A stretch of 63,693 nucleotides of DNA, counting the filler, from Phoronis australis (taxonomy: Eukaryota > Animalia > Phoronida): assembly GCA_002633005.1 (NCBI GenBank). It is 9 parts of 9 records of this genome, joined end to end, with 100 filler letters (N's around TTAATTAATTAA, not from the genome) between each part and the next. Parts side by side here need not be neighbours in the genome. Positions count along the whole stretch, not along the records: positions 35,902 to 41,865 come from NMRA01002248.1; positions 41,966 to 45,749 come from NMRA01002843.1; positions 45,850 to 49,686 come from NMRA01002814.1; 6 more parts are not named here. One strand, written 5' to 3'. Shown one piece after another: positions 38,471-49,686 of the stretch; the first letter of the stretch is position 1, and each line of letters starts with the position of its first letter. The position numbers and the translations under genes are program-made. A model generated the notes under the pieces. It searched no databases. It was not told the origin of the DNA and was given only the letters and a program-made list of their open reading frames with translations.

Positions 38471-40725
38471 CTTCGGAGTAGTGTACCTTCGGAGTAGTGA
38501 ACCTTTGCTATAGTGACATGCAACCTTGATAATCTTTTCCATCAACTTTGTTTCTCGTTTGAAGTCTGCGGACCTGTGCGCCATTGGCACTGATTGACAA
38601 AAGAATAATTTTTCATTGACTAAAGTTGAGGTCTAGGCTTACTTTATCCAAATAAAGTGAAGAAAACACGGTAGTTCAACGTCTGGTTTTTGATCACGAC
38701 GGAGGACTGCCCATAGTGAACTTACAGTCAGGGTGTAAAAGATCGGAAACCCACACACGTGTACGCGCCCGGATGTCAATCCACCAATCCACAATCAAAT
38801 TGGGGCCATNNNNNNNNNNNNNNNNNNNNNNNNNNNNNNNNNNNNNNNNNNNNNNNNNNNNNNNNNNNNNNNNNNNNNNNNNNNNNNNNNNNNNNNNNNN
38901 NNNNNNNNNNNNNNAAATTCTTCCAGATTCTATTTGGCAGTTCGGGGTTGTTCAGTGCTGATCATAAAGCCTCTTCTTATCGTCTGCACGATCCTATCAT
39001 CTACACAAACACCACTCAGCGAAGTTGGCCGGGTATGGCCCGATGCCACGTGAAGCGCTTTGAATTAGAAGCAAATTCAAAATTATTTCTTAGTTATCTT
39101 TGTTGTAACTGGAACAATTTCTTTGTTATTGTCCATGTATATCCTGTCTTAAACGGATATTCTGGGGCTGGACTTTTTCCGCGGGGGTTCGATTGAACCC
39201 CCTGGCCCCCTGGGGGGCCCGGCTACGGGGTTATACTTCAATTAATCTATTCATGTTCAATGTGAATTAACATGTAAAAAGACCAAGGGAACTATACGTC
39301 TTTGAATTTGGTAATGTAGGACCCTCGAAAAATGTCCAAATTTGACACAAAGTTCGGAGCACCAGATCTCAGAATAGCAGATCGTATTCAAAGGAAAGTT
39401 TTCAGATTCCATGCTTTATGCAATGTTTCACAAAACGCTGTTTTGAATCTTTAAAACGTGTACCATTTTTGCGTGGTGCGCTGTCAAAACATAAACTCCC
39501 TTGATTTTTATGAATAAAAGTTAAAAGTTGCATGAAATAAAAACGAAATGATAATTGAGAAAATTGTAACAGTGGTTTCGAGATTTCATCTTCAACAATT
39601 GCATCATTATGGTCATGTCATTGATATCGTCATTTTGCTAATTTTGTACCTTTCGATTTTGCTAAATTTCACTAAAAAGACATTGTCACGTAACCCAGTT
39701 AATAGCAGATGGGTATAAATCAATCATCAAATTCTGCAGGCTTTCTACTTTCAGAAGATATTATACTTATACTGAGATAAAATCTATAATTTTGTAAGCA
39801 TTTGGCTAAACTTCCAGACTAGTCATTACATTGGCAGAGTCTGAGTTCTCGTGGTATTCTCGCCCACTTTCCCGACTGAGTCGGTGTGAGGATAGTTGCA
39901 CGCGCGAGAGAAGGTTGTTCAACTTAGTGTTGCCTAGAATAGTTTCTCTATAAAGACTGGGTGTTTAGGGTAAGCAGTAGTGCCGGATTAAGCAATTGCG
40001 GGCCCTGTAGCATAAGTCGAAGCGCGGGGAACCCTGCTCAAATATTCATACAACGATTATCTCAAAGCAAGGCAAAATGTGAGTAATTTTCACTTTTGGG
40101 ACAAAAAGAAATTGAGACGGATTCTACATGATGACACAGTGTGTCCATTGGGTAACGCTAGGTGTTGATCAAACTGGACCATTTTAGGATAATTCACATA
40201 CCGCTAACCAGGGCTGGCTCCGCGATTGTGCCAGTTGTAATATGAAGAATGCTACCTTTGTCAAATAAATGCATTTCGCACAAATTCAAGTTTTGCAAAT
40301 TTATTTTGTTGCTCTGCATCGTGACCATCCCAATCAAATTGTTAAGTCAAATGAATGAATTTCTGGGGCCTTGGTGAGTCTCTGGATCGCTAAATCAGTG
40401 GGGCCTCGCACCCTTGACCCTACATAATTGAAAATGGCGCCCTCCTCCACAAATTTTCCAAATCAAGTTTGCATCACCTCAGGCCAGTGCTTCCATAGGC
40501 GTAGAATCATGTATACGTTTATGATATTGGTGCTTCTAAAAGTGCAGCCTGAGGGTGGGGCCCCTAAAAAGTGCGGGGCCCGTTGCAAATGCTACTTCTG
40601 CTCCCTTGTCAGTAATCCAGGGCTTCTTTAGCTTTTCTTCGTCTATCCTCTTATGGTCCTTTGTGTAGGGATCCTTGCAGATATATCTTTCAAACAGAAT
40701 AATTTTCTTACAAACGGGAAGATAG

Positions 40726-40885
40726 AAGGGGCGGATCCAGGATAAATTAAGAGGGGGCAGGGCAGAGTACCGGTATTAGCCAGGGTTTTTCCCGTCAGAC
40801 CTTAGCACGCTCGATCTCCCAACATGGAATCTGGGAGAATTTTAGGGGGGCCATAGCCCCTTGCCCTCCTCTAAATTCGCCACTG
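40726..40885. mobile_element. MITE with 5-bp TSD
   Basis: Ends AAGGGGCGGATCCAG / CTAAATTCGCCACTG; TSD GATAG. Confidence 0.75.
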
Positions 40886-41028
40886 GATAGAGCCCTGCCA
40901 GTCGCGTGCCAAAGCTTGCAGCCAATTTTCCTGTTGTTCCAGTGACATTTCATACAACCTGACGGTACAGAAGCTAGCGAACATCAATAAACACCGCATT
41001 AGGATATCTCAGTGACCAAAACGGCTTA

Positions 41029-41089
41029 GTCGCTCTTCCTCAGGCTGCCGTATACGTCGCTCTTCCTCAGGCTGCCGTATACGTCGCTC
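41029..41089. repeat. Exact 27-bp tandem duplication
   Basis: GTCGCTCTTCCTCAGGCTGCCGTATAC twice, plus GTCGCTC. Confidence 0.9.
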
Positions 41090-42029
41090 AGGGCCGTAGG
41101 GAGTGTATTCAGAAACTCCTACAGAAAGACGTCACCTCTCTACATGGACGGACACCATCAGCCCACAGTTTGCCTGGCTTTTTACTCTATTTTCGACTTT
41201 AAAAGCGAGATCACGGAAGTGTTCGCGAGAAAACGCCATGTACTACAAGCGAAGCACGTGAAATTTACATGGTGACGATTGTCTTGCGTTTACAGCACGT
41301 TTCCCTACACGACCTGTTTGGGAATCATTGTAAATGTACCTACCGTCTACTACGGATTTTTCTCGATTGCAGCTCTCATACTTTCAGAGTCACAGTCCAA
41401 AATTTGTGCAGTTGATTGGGGTTTTCAACTTGTATTTGGCTTATCTACACTGAAGATAACCTACACATGTAAGGTAATAGGATATCTTCGTCACCAAGGA
41501 AAGAATTTCTTAGATAACTTTTTTAAAAATCCTTCTAATAGACTTATGTAACGGTATATTTTTAAAATCTTTGATGAACATGTTTTTTCATAAGTTACAA
41601 TTATCTCAGCATTACCCTCGTGCACATAATTAGATTTTGTGATCACCAAGGACTTTAAAATTTATTTCTAAGGTTCTGTACTATCATACTTTTAAATTCT
41701 GTAACCAAGGTATCCTATCAGGGGCTGGAAAGAGTTGGTGTCTCGTTATTATTAGCGGTTTCTACATTAGCTATTGATTTGTTACAGTACGTCATTTTAT
41801 TCGCCGAGCTTAATGGCAAGTGTCAGCAGGGGCGGATCCAGGATTTTGAGTTGGGGGGGGGGGGGNNNNNNNNNNNNNNNNNNNNNNNNNNNNNNNNNNN
41901 NNNNNNNNNTTAATTAATTAANNNNNNNNNNNNNNNNNNNNNNNNNNNNNNNNNNNNNNNNNNNNCCCCCCCCCCAAGCCCCCTCCCCTCACCCTGGGTG
42001 CGCGCATGATGGTGACGCTTACATACGAA

Positions 42030-42363
42030 TGACTTGCATAAAAAGCATGGAGATACATTCAGCTTCTTCATGGTCAGAGACCAGTTCGTCAACATTACTA
42101 CATGGTGTAACACCATTCTGGAATCCAACCAAGTAGTACTTTTCCCCATAAGTGAAGCAAATGTCGAGGTCTCGTCCAACGTTTGAAAGGCCAGCCTGTT
42201 GCCACATTTTGCAGAAAAATGTAGTAAGATTTTCCTTGTTGGTATTTGAAGAAAAAAAAGTTCTTCCATTGTGAGTGTGACCTTTGCTGTGAGTTTAGAT
42301 TTTGATTTCTTGGACATCACTGTTTGACGTTCAGTGCTTTCTCTCTATACTCTTAATGCTGAC
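42030..42363 (-). pseudogene. Decayed XPG/PIN-like nuclease fragment of an Academ-type DNA transposon
   Basis: Across stops and frameshifts: SIKSIERK...QWKNFFSSNTNKENLTTFFCKMW...ELVSDHEEAE, resembling the SIK..ER / NK..L..F...W / HEEAD motifs. Confidence 0.55.
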
Positions 42364-42704
42364 TAGAAAATTTCTATCAAAAACAAAATCGACGCACATT
42401 TATTCAAAGTAAACACTGAATCATCAGGCTGTCATGGTCACTTCATGGTCCCAGTATCCATGCAGGAGGGTGGAATATTGTGTCAGCTCAAATCACAGTC
42501 CAGTATTCGAACCTGGATTCATCGGACCAGACACCTGCATAGTCCAGCGAACACTGTTCGAAACAACTGAGAGCTACAATAAAAGTAAACACTCAGTCTA
42601 AGAAAGAGAGTGCTGGCTTAGCGCGTCCAGCTCGGTAAATCAATCGTCATTTTTAGCAGAAAACTACTTTACTTACCTGATTCATCATCACCAATCATCG
42701 ACAT

Positions 42705-44087
42705 AGACCTAATTCACGCCGACAGGAGGCGCGTTCCAAAACGAGGCTTGATACGATAGCTCTGTTGGCTTATCGTCATAGTTGTATTCCGCGTTGCTTG
42801 ACTGAACGGCTGAAAAAATACGGACTCTCAACTGTCTGTTTTACAATCCCTAAGGACGTTGAGATTCGGAAGCGTTGGGTCGTTGCCATACGCCGCGACG
42901 AAGGAAACTATGTCCGTGTAAATTTTTGTAAATATTTTTGAAAAGTTCAGACATATTTTAATTGTCGCATTTCGGTTGGCGAGCATCATAGCAACGTACC
43001 AGAGAATCTTCGGCCAGCCAGGCTATGCTTTCATGACTACGGGTTGAAACATGATGCATTTTGCTTTCCAAAAAGATTAGGGCCCTCAATTCCTTGATTT
43101 TGGGGCCGGATATCGGCCTTATTCCTCTCTCGAAAAATTACGCGAAATTCCCCCCCACGAGGCCTAAAAATTCCCCTAGTGATTGAAAATTTCTCTCAGG
43201 AGTTCAAATCACTTGTAACCACACAGGTGACAATTTGAAAGAGCACAAAATGCTACCTGAGACAGAGCCTATGAGAGCTTGCAACAGGGCGGGGGTGATA
43301 TTGATGGTGATTGGAAGGTAGATTTCCCCTCCCTCTCAGAAGACACAGACACCTTTCCCTCGGATGAGCGAGGCCTATGAAGAAATATGATAACTATGCT
43401 TGCTCTGTCCTGTTAACTGAAATTGAGCTCTAAAACGAGGTTATGCTTTGGACGAACGAATTAGGTGTTCTAATTTTAAAATTCAACTTGTTCTTTATTA
43501 ATGTTTGAAACCTAACACATGAAATAGACTCGTAAGATTCATTGAAACCAAGAAAGCAGAATTGTTGGTCAAATAATTTTTATTTTCAATAACGAGCCTG
43601 CTTGATGTCAATATTCTTTATCAACAAATTAAACTATATGTGACTAATTGCGCACGACAGCAAAATGCGATGAGCCACTACTGTCGAATATATCTTCAAC
43701 TCGCCAACAATACTAGCAGATGACCTGCTTCGTGTAGAAAGCATTTTTATCAACAATTTGCAAGAAGAAACATAACCCTGCATTCATAATAATACTTGAT
43801 CCGTAACACTGCAATCGCAGCAATTTGGTCATATTTACTTTTCATGTTTGGAACCGTTTTCCGAAAAAAACTTATAACCTTTCGTCAGACAACTCTTTGG
43901 TGCATGGATTTGTTCTCTAATGTATTTTTCTACGTCACTGTGGTTAATTATCGACATATTTTAAAGATTTAATATCCAGTTTGGACTCCAAAGACAGGCC
44001 ATTTAACTCAAGCAATGTCGACTTCCGCTTTGTTTATCGCAGTGAGCGTCACTTTGGATTTTAATGTCCGCCGCATAAATTAGGTCT
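42705..44087. mobile_element. ISL2EU-like (PIF/Harbinger group) internally deleted DNA transposon
   Basis: TIRs AGACCTAATTCACGC / GCATAAATTAGGTCT with AT on both flanks. THAP remnant FTIPKDVEIRKRWVVAIRRDEG (+, about 42839-42915). A convergent ORF remnant with SDVEKY...LTKGYKFFSE (-, about 44002-43850). Confidence 0.7.
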
Positions 44088-44299
44088 ATACTGAAATCAC
44101 TTGCGGGCAGCTGCAATACATTTTTGTCAATCAATAATTTGTAACACCTAAGGTGATACAAAGTGGTGAAAGTATTCACTACCCAAAATAACTGCAGCCA
44201 ATGCGCTCTTTTTGCATTTGTACTCAATCCACATTGCAGCACACATTTGCAACCTTTCCCATCGCAAAGGTGATAATTCCACTGGTTTTTCGCCGGTTG

Positions 44300-44448
44300 C
44301 GTAGTCGGCGCAGCACTGAAAAAAGTGGGGGCTAAAGCGCCTCAGCTCCCCTGTGGTGCACCGCCTATAGACAATGTGCGGCGTAGTGCTGAAAAATGTG
44401 GGGACTATAGCGCCCCCTCCCCCAGCCCCTTATGGTGCGCCGCCCATG
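44300..44448. mobile_element. MITE with 5-bp TSD; inverted homolog of 895-1029
   Basis: TSD GGTTG at 44295-44299 and 44449-44453; the end TATGGTGCGCCGCCCATG is the reverse complement of 895-912. Confidence 0.85.
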
Positions 44449-44920
44449 GGTTGTCGAAGAAAAATGCACAAGGCATTGGCCGTCATCCGTTTCTGGTTAT
44501 TTGACGTGGCACCGTCTTCGGACGAAGTGTCTACAGTACATGTGTATGGGTAGGAGCCTCTATCATGTGTATGATCCAACGAACGACGCCAAATGCAGCT
44601 ACAAAACACGGTCCACACACAATAATGCCAATGGCACGAAAAATGAAGAGGTGCACGGGGCAGAATTAGTGGCAGATCCAAGTCAGAGATTACTGGGCAT
44701 ATCTCTCAACATTAACCACATCACAATCGTGTTCAAAGATTCATCACACAGTTAAAGGTACTACAAACTAAAGAAAGTCATCGCGTGACATCCCAGCCAG
44801 CAGTCAAATCAGAGCAATGTCACGATAACCAGATCGAAAATTATGGAGTTAAAAACAAAAGAAGATAACAATGAATGTCTTGTCTCACTGTCACTATCAC
44901 TATCACCGCTAGGTGGTTAG

Positions 44921-45445
44921 TAGCCAGCACCGTGACGCAGGTATCACTTAATTTTCCTCAGCAAATTGTTTGACATCGGCTTTTCTGATTGGCTAGTCGA
45001 ATTCTCATCAGGCAGCGCTTTACGCAAACAAACTGGCATCATAGATACTCTACTGTCTGTTGTACAGGCAAATCGGTGCTTGAAATTTATGTTCAGGAAA
45101 TGCGAATCCTAGAAATTGTGGTTGCGCCTTTTCGGAATGCATCTTTCTACTGTCGATGACTTTTGTTTACGATACTGTCCTGTATTCATACAGTATGAAT
45201 AACACACCGGTTAAATCGGCCAGATATGTGTTTATTAGTGTACATGTATGTGCTTCAAGCACGCGGATATTAAACACCACTGCAGAAACGAAATAGTTGC
45301 TGCGACGCCACTTGCTTGACAAGGCTAAAAATCGTTCACAGTCCGTCAATTTTTTCACGGCGTTGTAAAGCTAACCAATGATTGCTTAGGTTACATCAAC
45401 CAATGCTAAAGCTCGTGCCACTGCGTGATACCTGCGTGCTGGCTA
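44921..45445. mobile_element. Putative MITE
   Basis: TAGCCAGCAC...GCAGGTATCAC / GTGATACCTGCGTGCTGGCTA inverted ends; no clear TSD. Confidence 0.5.
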
Positions 45446-45647
45446 GGCACGTAGGGGACCAGCGAGCATTCTGCGCGCGCAATAAAATATCGCAGAAATT
45501 TAAAACTAAATTTAATCCGTAATTTTTGATAGAAAAACCAGTACCAGAGAACGTTTTAATTGTAACTCAACCAGAGTTGGCTATTATAATCACATTCACA
45601 AAACTAGTTTGGGAATAGCTCACTTTTGAGTTTCTCGTTAGTCAATG

Positions 45648-45683
45648 TGACGTCACCGGAAGTGGGGCAAAACCCGCCATATT
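45648..45683. promoter_or_regulatory. CRE + ETS + YY1 motif cluster
   Basis: TGACGTCA (45648-45655) directly abuts CCGGAAGT (45656-45663); CCGCCATATT at 45674-45683. Confidence 0.35.
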
Positions 45684-46748
45684 GCTCTTGTTTTGCCCCG
45701 TGTCTTTGCTACACACGCTAAATCTTACTGGAGTTCTTATGGTGAATTTNNNNNNNNNNNNNNNNNNNNNNNNNNNNNNNNNNNNNNNNNNNNTTAATTA
45801 ATTAANNNNNNNNNNNNNNNNNNNNNNNNNNNNNNNNNNNNNNNNNNNNAGAGACGCGTGATCCTGCCAAACTCGCTCGAAAGTAGCCTGATTGTTCTTA
45901 TTGAATGCACTTGTGGGCACACGCCGGAATGGAGTGCAAAGCCTGTGGTCCCATTTAGGCAATCTCTTCAATTCAACGTTTGGACCCCTATTCATCCCAA
46001 ATAAGTCCACCTGATAGCTACAGAACCTCCTGGTAGCTAACAATTTTGCTTTTGCCCCCATGTAAAACACTTCTGCCTACGCTTTTGTCAGTGATATTTT
46101 ACCCGCGAGCTCGTCTGTCTATCGTGTCATAGAATAACCCATCAAAGCTCTTTAATGGAGTTTCATTTGTTCTAAAGGAGATTTATGGGATATGCGGGAT
46201 ATATGATAACAACTATCGAGTCATAGGCATACTTATACTACGGGGGGGGGGGAGGTACTTGACTATACTTTTGATGGAATGCAGTTGGAGAATAAGGATA
46301 CAAAGAGAATGGGAGCTTTTATGAAAAAGCCACCTTTCCTAGAGATTTGTTTCAGAAATACCTCTTCAAGGATTAATACCATAAAATTAACCGTTTCGTA
46401 GGGATTCTTGGTCAGCTGTTTTTCAAACTCATAAGTCTGAAACAGCTTATAAAGAGATGTCATGCTGTCCAAAATGAGTATAGCTACCGTTCTGTAGTTG
46501 GAAATACCTAACCTTTTTCCAGGCACATTTGGCACGAAATGTTGTCGAAAAAGGCACCCTTTCACTTTATGGAAACTGGTCGTAGAAAAATCGACGACCA
46601 CGTACCACGTTTACTTCTTCTACAGGAGAATCGTACACACCTTGGTCGATCTCTAATTTCTACACAGGTGATTATCATGAGATTTACGGTACATATAACT
46701 TAGGGCCGTGTGTTGAAATTACGAAATTAATGTCATGTATTGTCTTAC

Positions 46749-47300
46749 GTTGTACGGATCATCAGACGGTCTTAATGGAATAGACACGTTGACAGACCAG
46801 TTTCCAGGAACATCCGTTGTTAGGTAGAGTTCCAGCGGTTCGGGAGAACCGGGCGAATAATTGTCCAGGTATCCGAAAATGAATTCTGTGCCTCGGTGGT
46901 CCGGTCGGTCGACGTAACATAACACTGAAATGTGAGAGACTATATGTGTTACGTACAATGCGAATGCAAGTTAATCCAGAGACATTTTTGGAAGCCGATA
47001 GAAACGTGTTTTTCACAGCATGAAAAAACAGTGAATATGAACTCTAGATACAAAACAGAGTGTCCATTTCCGACACAAAAGGGGAAAAATCCGAAATCTG
47101 CTATTTTCCAAATATAAAAACGTCGAAACTCGAAAATTCTGTTGGCAATAGCAACATTTGAAATCGTTTATCAGTCTGAAATAAAGAATTGAATTTTAAA
47201 ATAAACATTCGAATTTTGATGGTGATCATAAGGCATATTGGCACTCACCGCGAGATAAAGCGAAGAAACTTTGTATCCAAGCGATGTTTGCAACCTTCAT
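46749..47300 (-). CDS. First two exons (47300-47249, 46924-46749) of a secreted protein with an IgGFc-binding-protein (FCGBP)-type N-terminus
   Basis: MKVANIAWIQSFFALSR|VLCYVDRPDHRGTEFIFGYLDNY...PLELYLTT...SVNVSIP; DxRGTEF..xN motif; phase-1 GT-AG junction. A possible next exon at 46010-45850 is unconfirmed. Confidence 0.7.
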
Positions 47301-49239
47301 GTTTGGTGCAGGTTATATCAGCTGACTCGACTCTATCTTGGAGTTTGCTGCTCTTACAAGTTGGTGATTAAGTCATTCGTATTTTGGTGATAAAACCTCG
47401 CATCTTAATTGTCAAAGAACGCCCTCTATGTGGATGAATTTTCGTTGCTCAATGAATTTACTTCAAACCCGTTACTGGTACGGTACAAAAGGACACCACA
47501 AGCTACCGTAATACAAATTACGTAGATAAGTGGTTACCTGTCGTAAGTTATCTAACACAAATCTAAAGTTCTAGTTGGCGCTCCAGTGAGCACTGTGTTA
47601 CGTGTTTTCTATGAAAATAGACCCACCTAGGATACTGTGTATATTTGACAGAGTAATATTGAGACTGTCACAAATGGTCGGCGCATTGTGCGTTTTCGTC
47701 GTTGGGCCCAGTGCCATTGTGACGGAGGTGTTGGGATCATTGTGAGTGATTCTCAGAACTCAAATAACGTGGTTGTTATATAATACACGAGCCAGTCATT
47801 TCGCAGACGAGACGCGACTCCCTAGATGTATAGTGCTNAAACGCGGATAAGTTAAGATGTAGCAATTCATGCAGTTATGGTTTTACTTTCTCGTGAGTCT
47901 TGCGACTTGTCGTCAATTTCCATCTTCGCATCAAACCAGTCATTAATTAATTAATTAATCAATTAATTAATTAACCACCTCCTGACTAAATGAAATTAAG
48001 GCACAATAGATATACATTCAAACAGCGTACATCTGTAATAAAACGCCTTGGTTAACTGGATAGTTTGTTGCAAATCATAAACACATGCTGTTGTTTACAG
48101 ACTTCATCCACGGAAACAGACTTCAATATTATACAGGCATAATTCAAATTGAGAGAAAATCATGTGCGCATGGTCCCCACTGTTGAACTGGCTCGGAAAA
48201 TGTGCGACATTGAAAAAAATGGAGTACGACTAGATGTTGTGTTTACAAACAATAACGATCTTAACCTTTTTATTTAGCTATGATAACCGGTGTATGAAAG
48301 CTTTAATTTCTGATAGGCCAATTGGAACCCAAAAGAGTTGGGACACGGTCTTCCATACGAGGGTACTGTATTGTGAACTTAGAGTCTTTCATAATAAATT
48401 GTCGCCTTATCACAAAACTGGATTTTGCCCTAAATTTCATGTCCATTAGTCAATACTTTGTTTCAGCGGCTCTGTGTATTTCAACAAACGTCCCCTAGTG
48501 ATCGTTGCCCAAACAAACAAATCCTTGGTCGATGTTATTACTAATGATCATCAGCCTGACCGTAAAGTAATCAATATGCTTAACAATTAGTAGAAGCCAT
48601 ATTTCTCAAGAACTAAAATTAATTTTATGATTTACGGCCGTCTTGAATCATTTGCGAAAAACTTATTAAACTAAGTGCAGTGTTAGCCAGAAGCTAAGGA
48701 ATACGGTAGTTTTAAAACTAAAACAAAACGGGGGCCGATTATGTCAATCACGTGATCATACGCCGCTAAACCTGAAACATACGAAATCACAAGTGCGGAC
48801 AAAGCCGTCCGTCTGAGCAATTTGCCAACCATGCATCGAAAAGTGCCTTCTATGTAGATGGATATTAGCTTCAGGTAGGCGGGTAATCGCATAACATCAT
48901 CCCTAGGGCGGTGCGGCCACCAGGGCATCTAACTTTTGTAGTCACTGATGTAAACGGGATCCCCTGTGTTTTTTACAATCAGGCAGGATTTTCATTTATG
49001 AACATGCATTGTCTCTATTAAAAACTATTATATTTTCTATTACCCAACTCTAGTGATGAACACTGTACATTTTCTAGGAGATAAACGTTTTAGCGGCAAA
49101 GAACGTTTTCAATAATAAACTCAAACATCGTTGAAAACACGACTGTACTCTTTGCTTGACAGCTCAATACGGACTCTCTCGTAGTGTCTAAACAATATCC
49201 TTTCTTTAGGGGTGTGGCTATGTAGCAAAACACCGAGAA

Positions 49240-49686
49240 ACATAACAGAAAAACAAATTAAACGGCTAGCTATATTTCGAGGCCGCATTTCTCATCATCA
49301 GGCAATGAGTGAAATGAACGTGTACGAAGCGAAATAAACAGGGAAATACACGTGACAGCAGGTAGAGAGGGGCATACAAGCAGAGAGCGTGAATGTATCA
49401 CACGGCAGGAAGTTCACAAGCCTAACAAAACACAGCCAGCAGGCGGAACACATCTGTGAGCTGTTCATTTAGGAACGTTTTTTCGTGACTGATCAATAGG
49501 GGTTTCAAAATCTTTAACCGAAATGTGTCACTTTCAACATAGTGAATAATGGTATTGTCTACTATTTCTTGCCTAGTTATTTTTCGGCCATGTTGGTATA
49601 AAAAAATGATCTTGAATGGACCTGGCCTGCAAGTGCATGGATAACCGTCAGGAGAAGGAACACACCGCGAGTCCAATTTAACGCTG
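49240..49686 (-). mobile_element. Penelope-like element 3' fragment (GIY-YIG endonuclease C-terminus and terminal region)
   Basis: HGRKITRQEIVDNTII...DTFRLKILKPLLISHEKTFLNEQ resembles the PLE motif RL.I.E.L.I....P.LN.Q; a CTGATGA...GAAA core lies downstream. Confidence 0.6.

Larger units (their letters stand above)
36828..38526. mobile_element. Non-autonomous DNA transposon with inverted arrays of 16-bp subterminal repeats, interrupted by a nested MITE
   Basis: (CCGAAGGTTCACTACT)n at 36841-36913 and its reverse complement at 37429-37481 and 38471-38515. Confidence 0.75.

Noticed and set aside
38716-39196. ORFs running through N gaps (also those ending in LIN)
   Set aside because: Artifacts of translating N runs and linkers.
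41827-42008. A single MITE spanning the spacer
   Set aside because: The two ends differ and the flanks (GTCAG vs ATGGT) form no TSD; probably two separate elements broken at G/C runs.
47942-47974. Another assembly linker
   Set aside because: No flanking N runs and the repeat is imperfect; it reads as a natural (AATT)n microsatellite.
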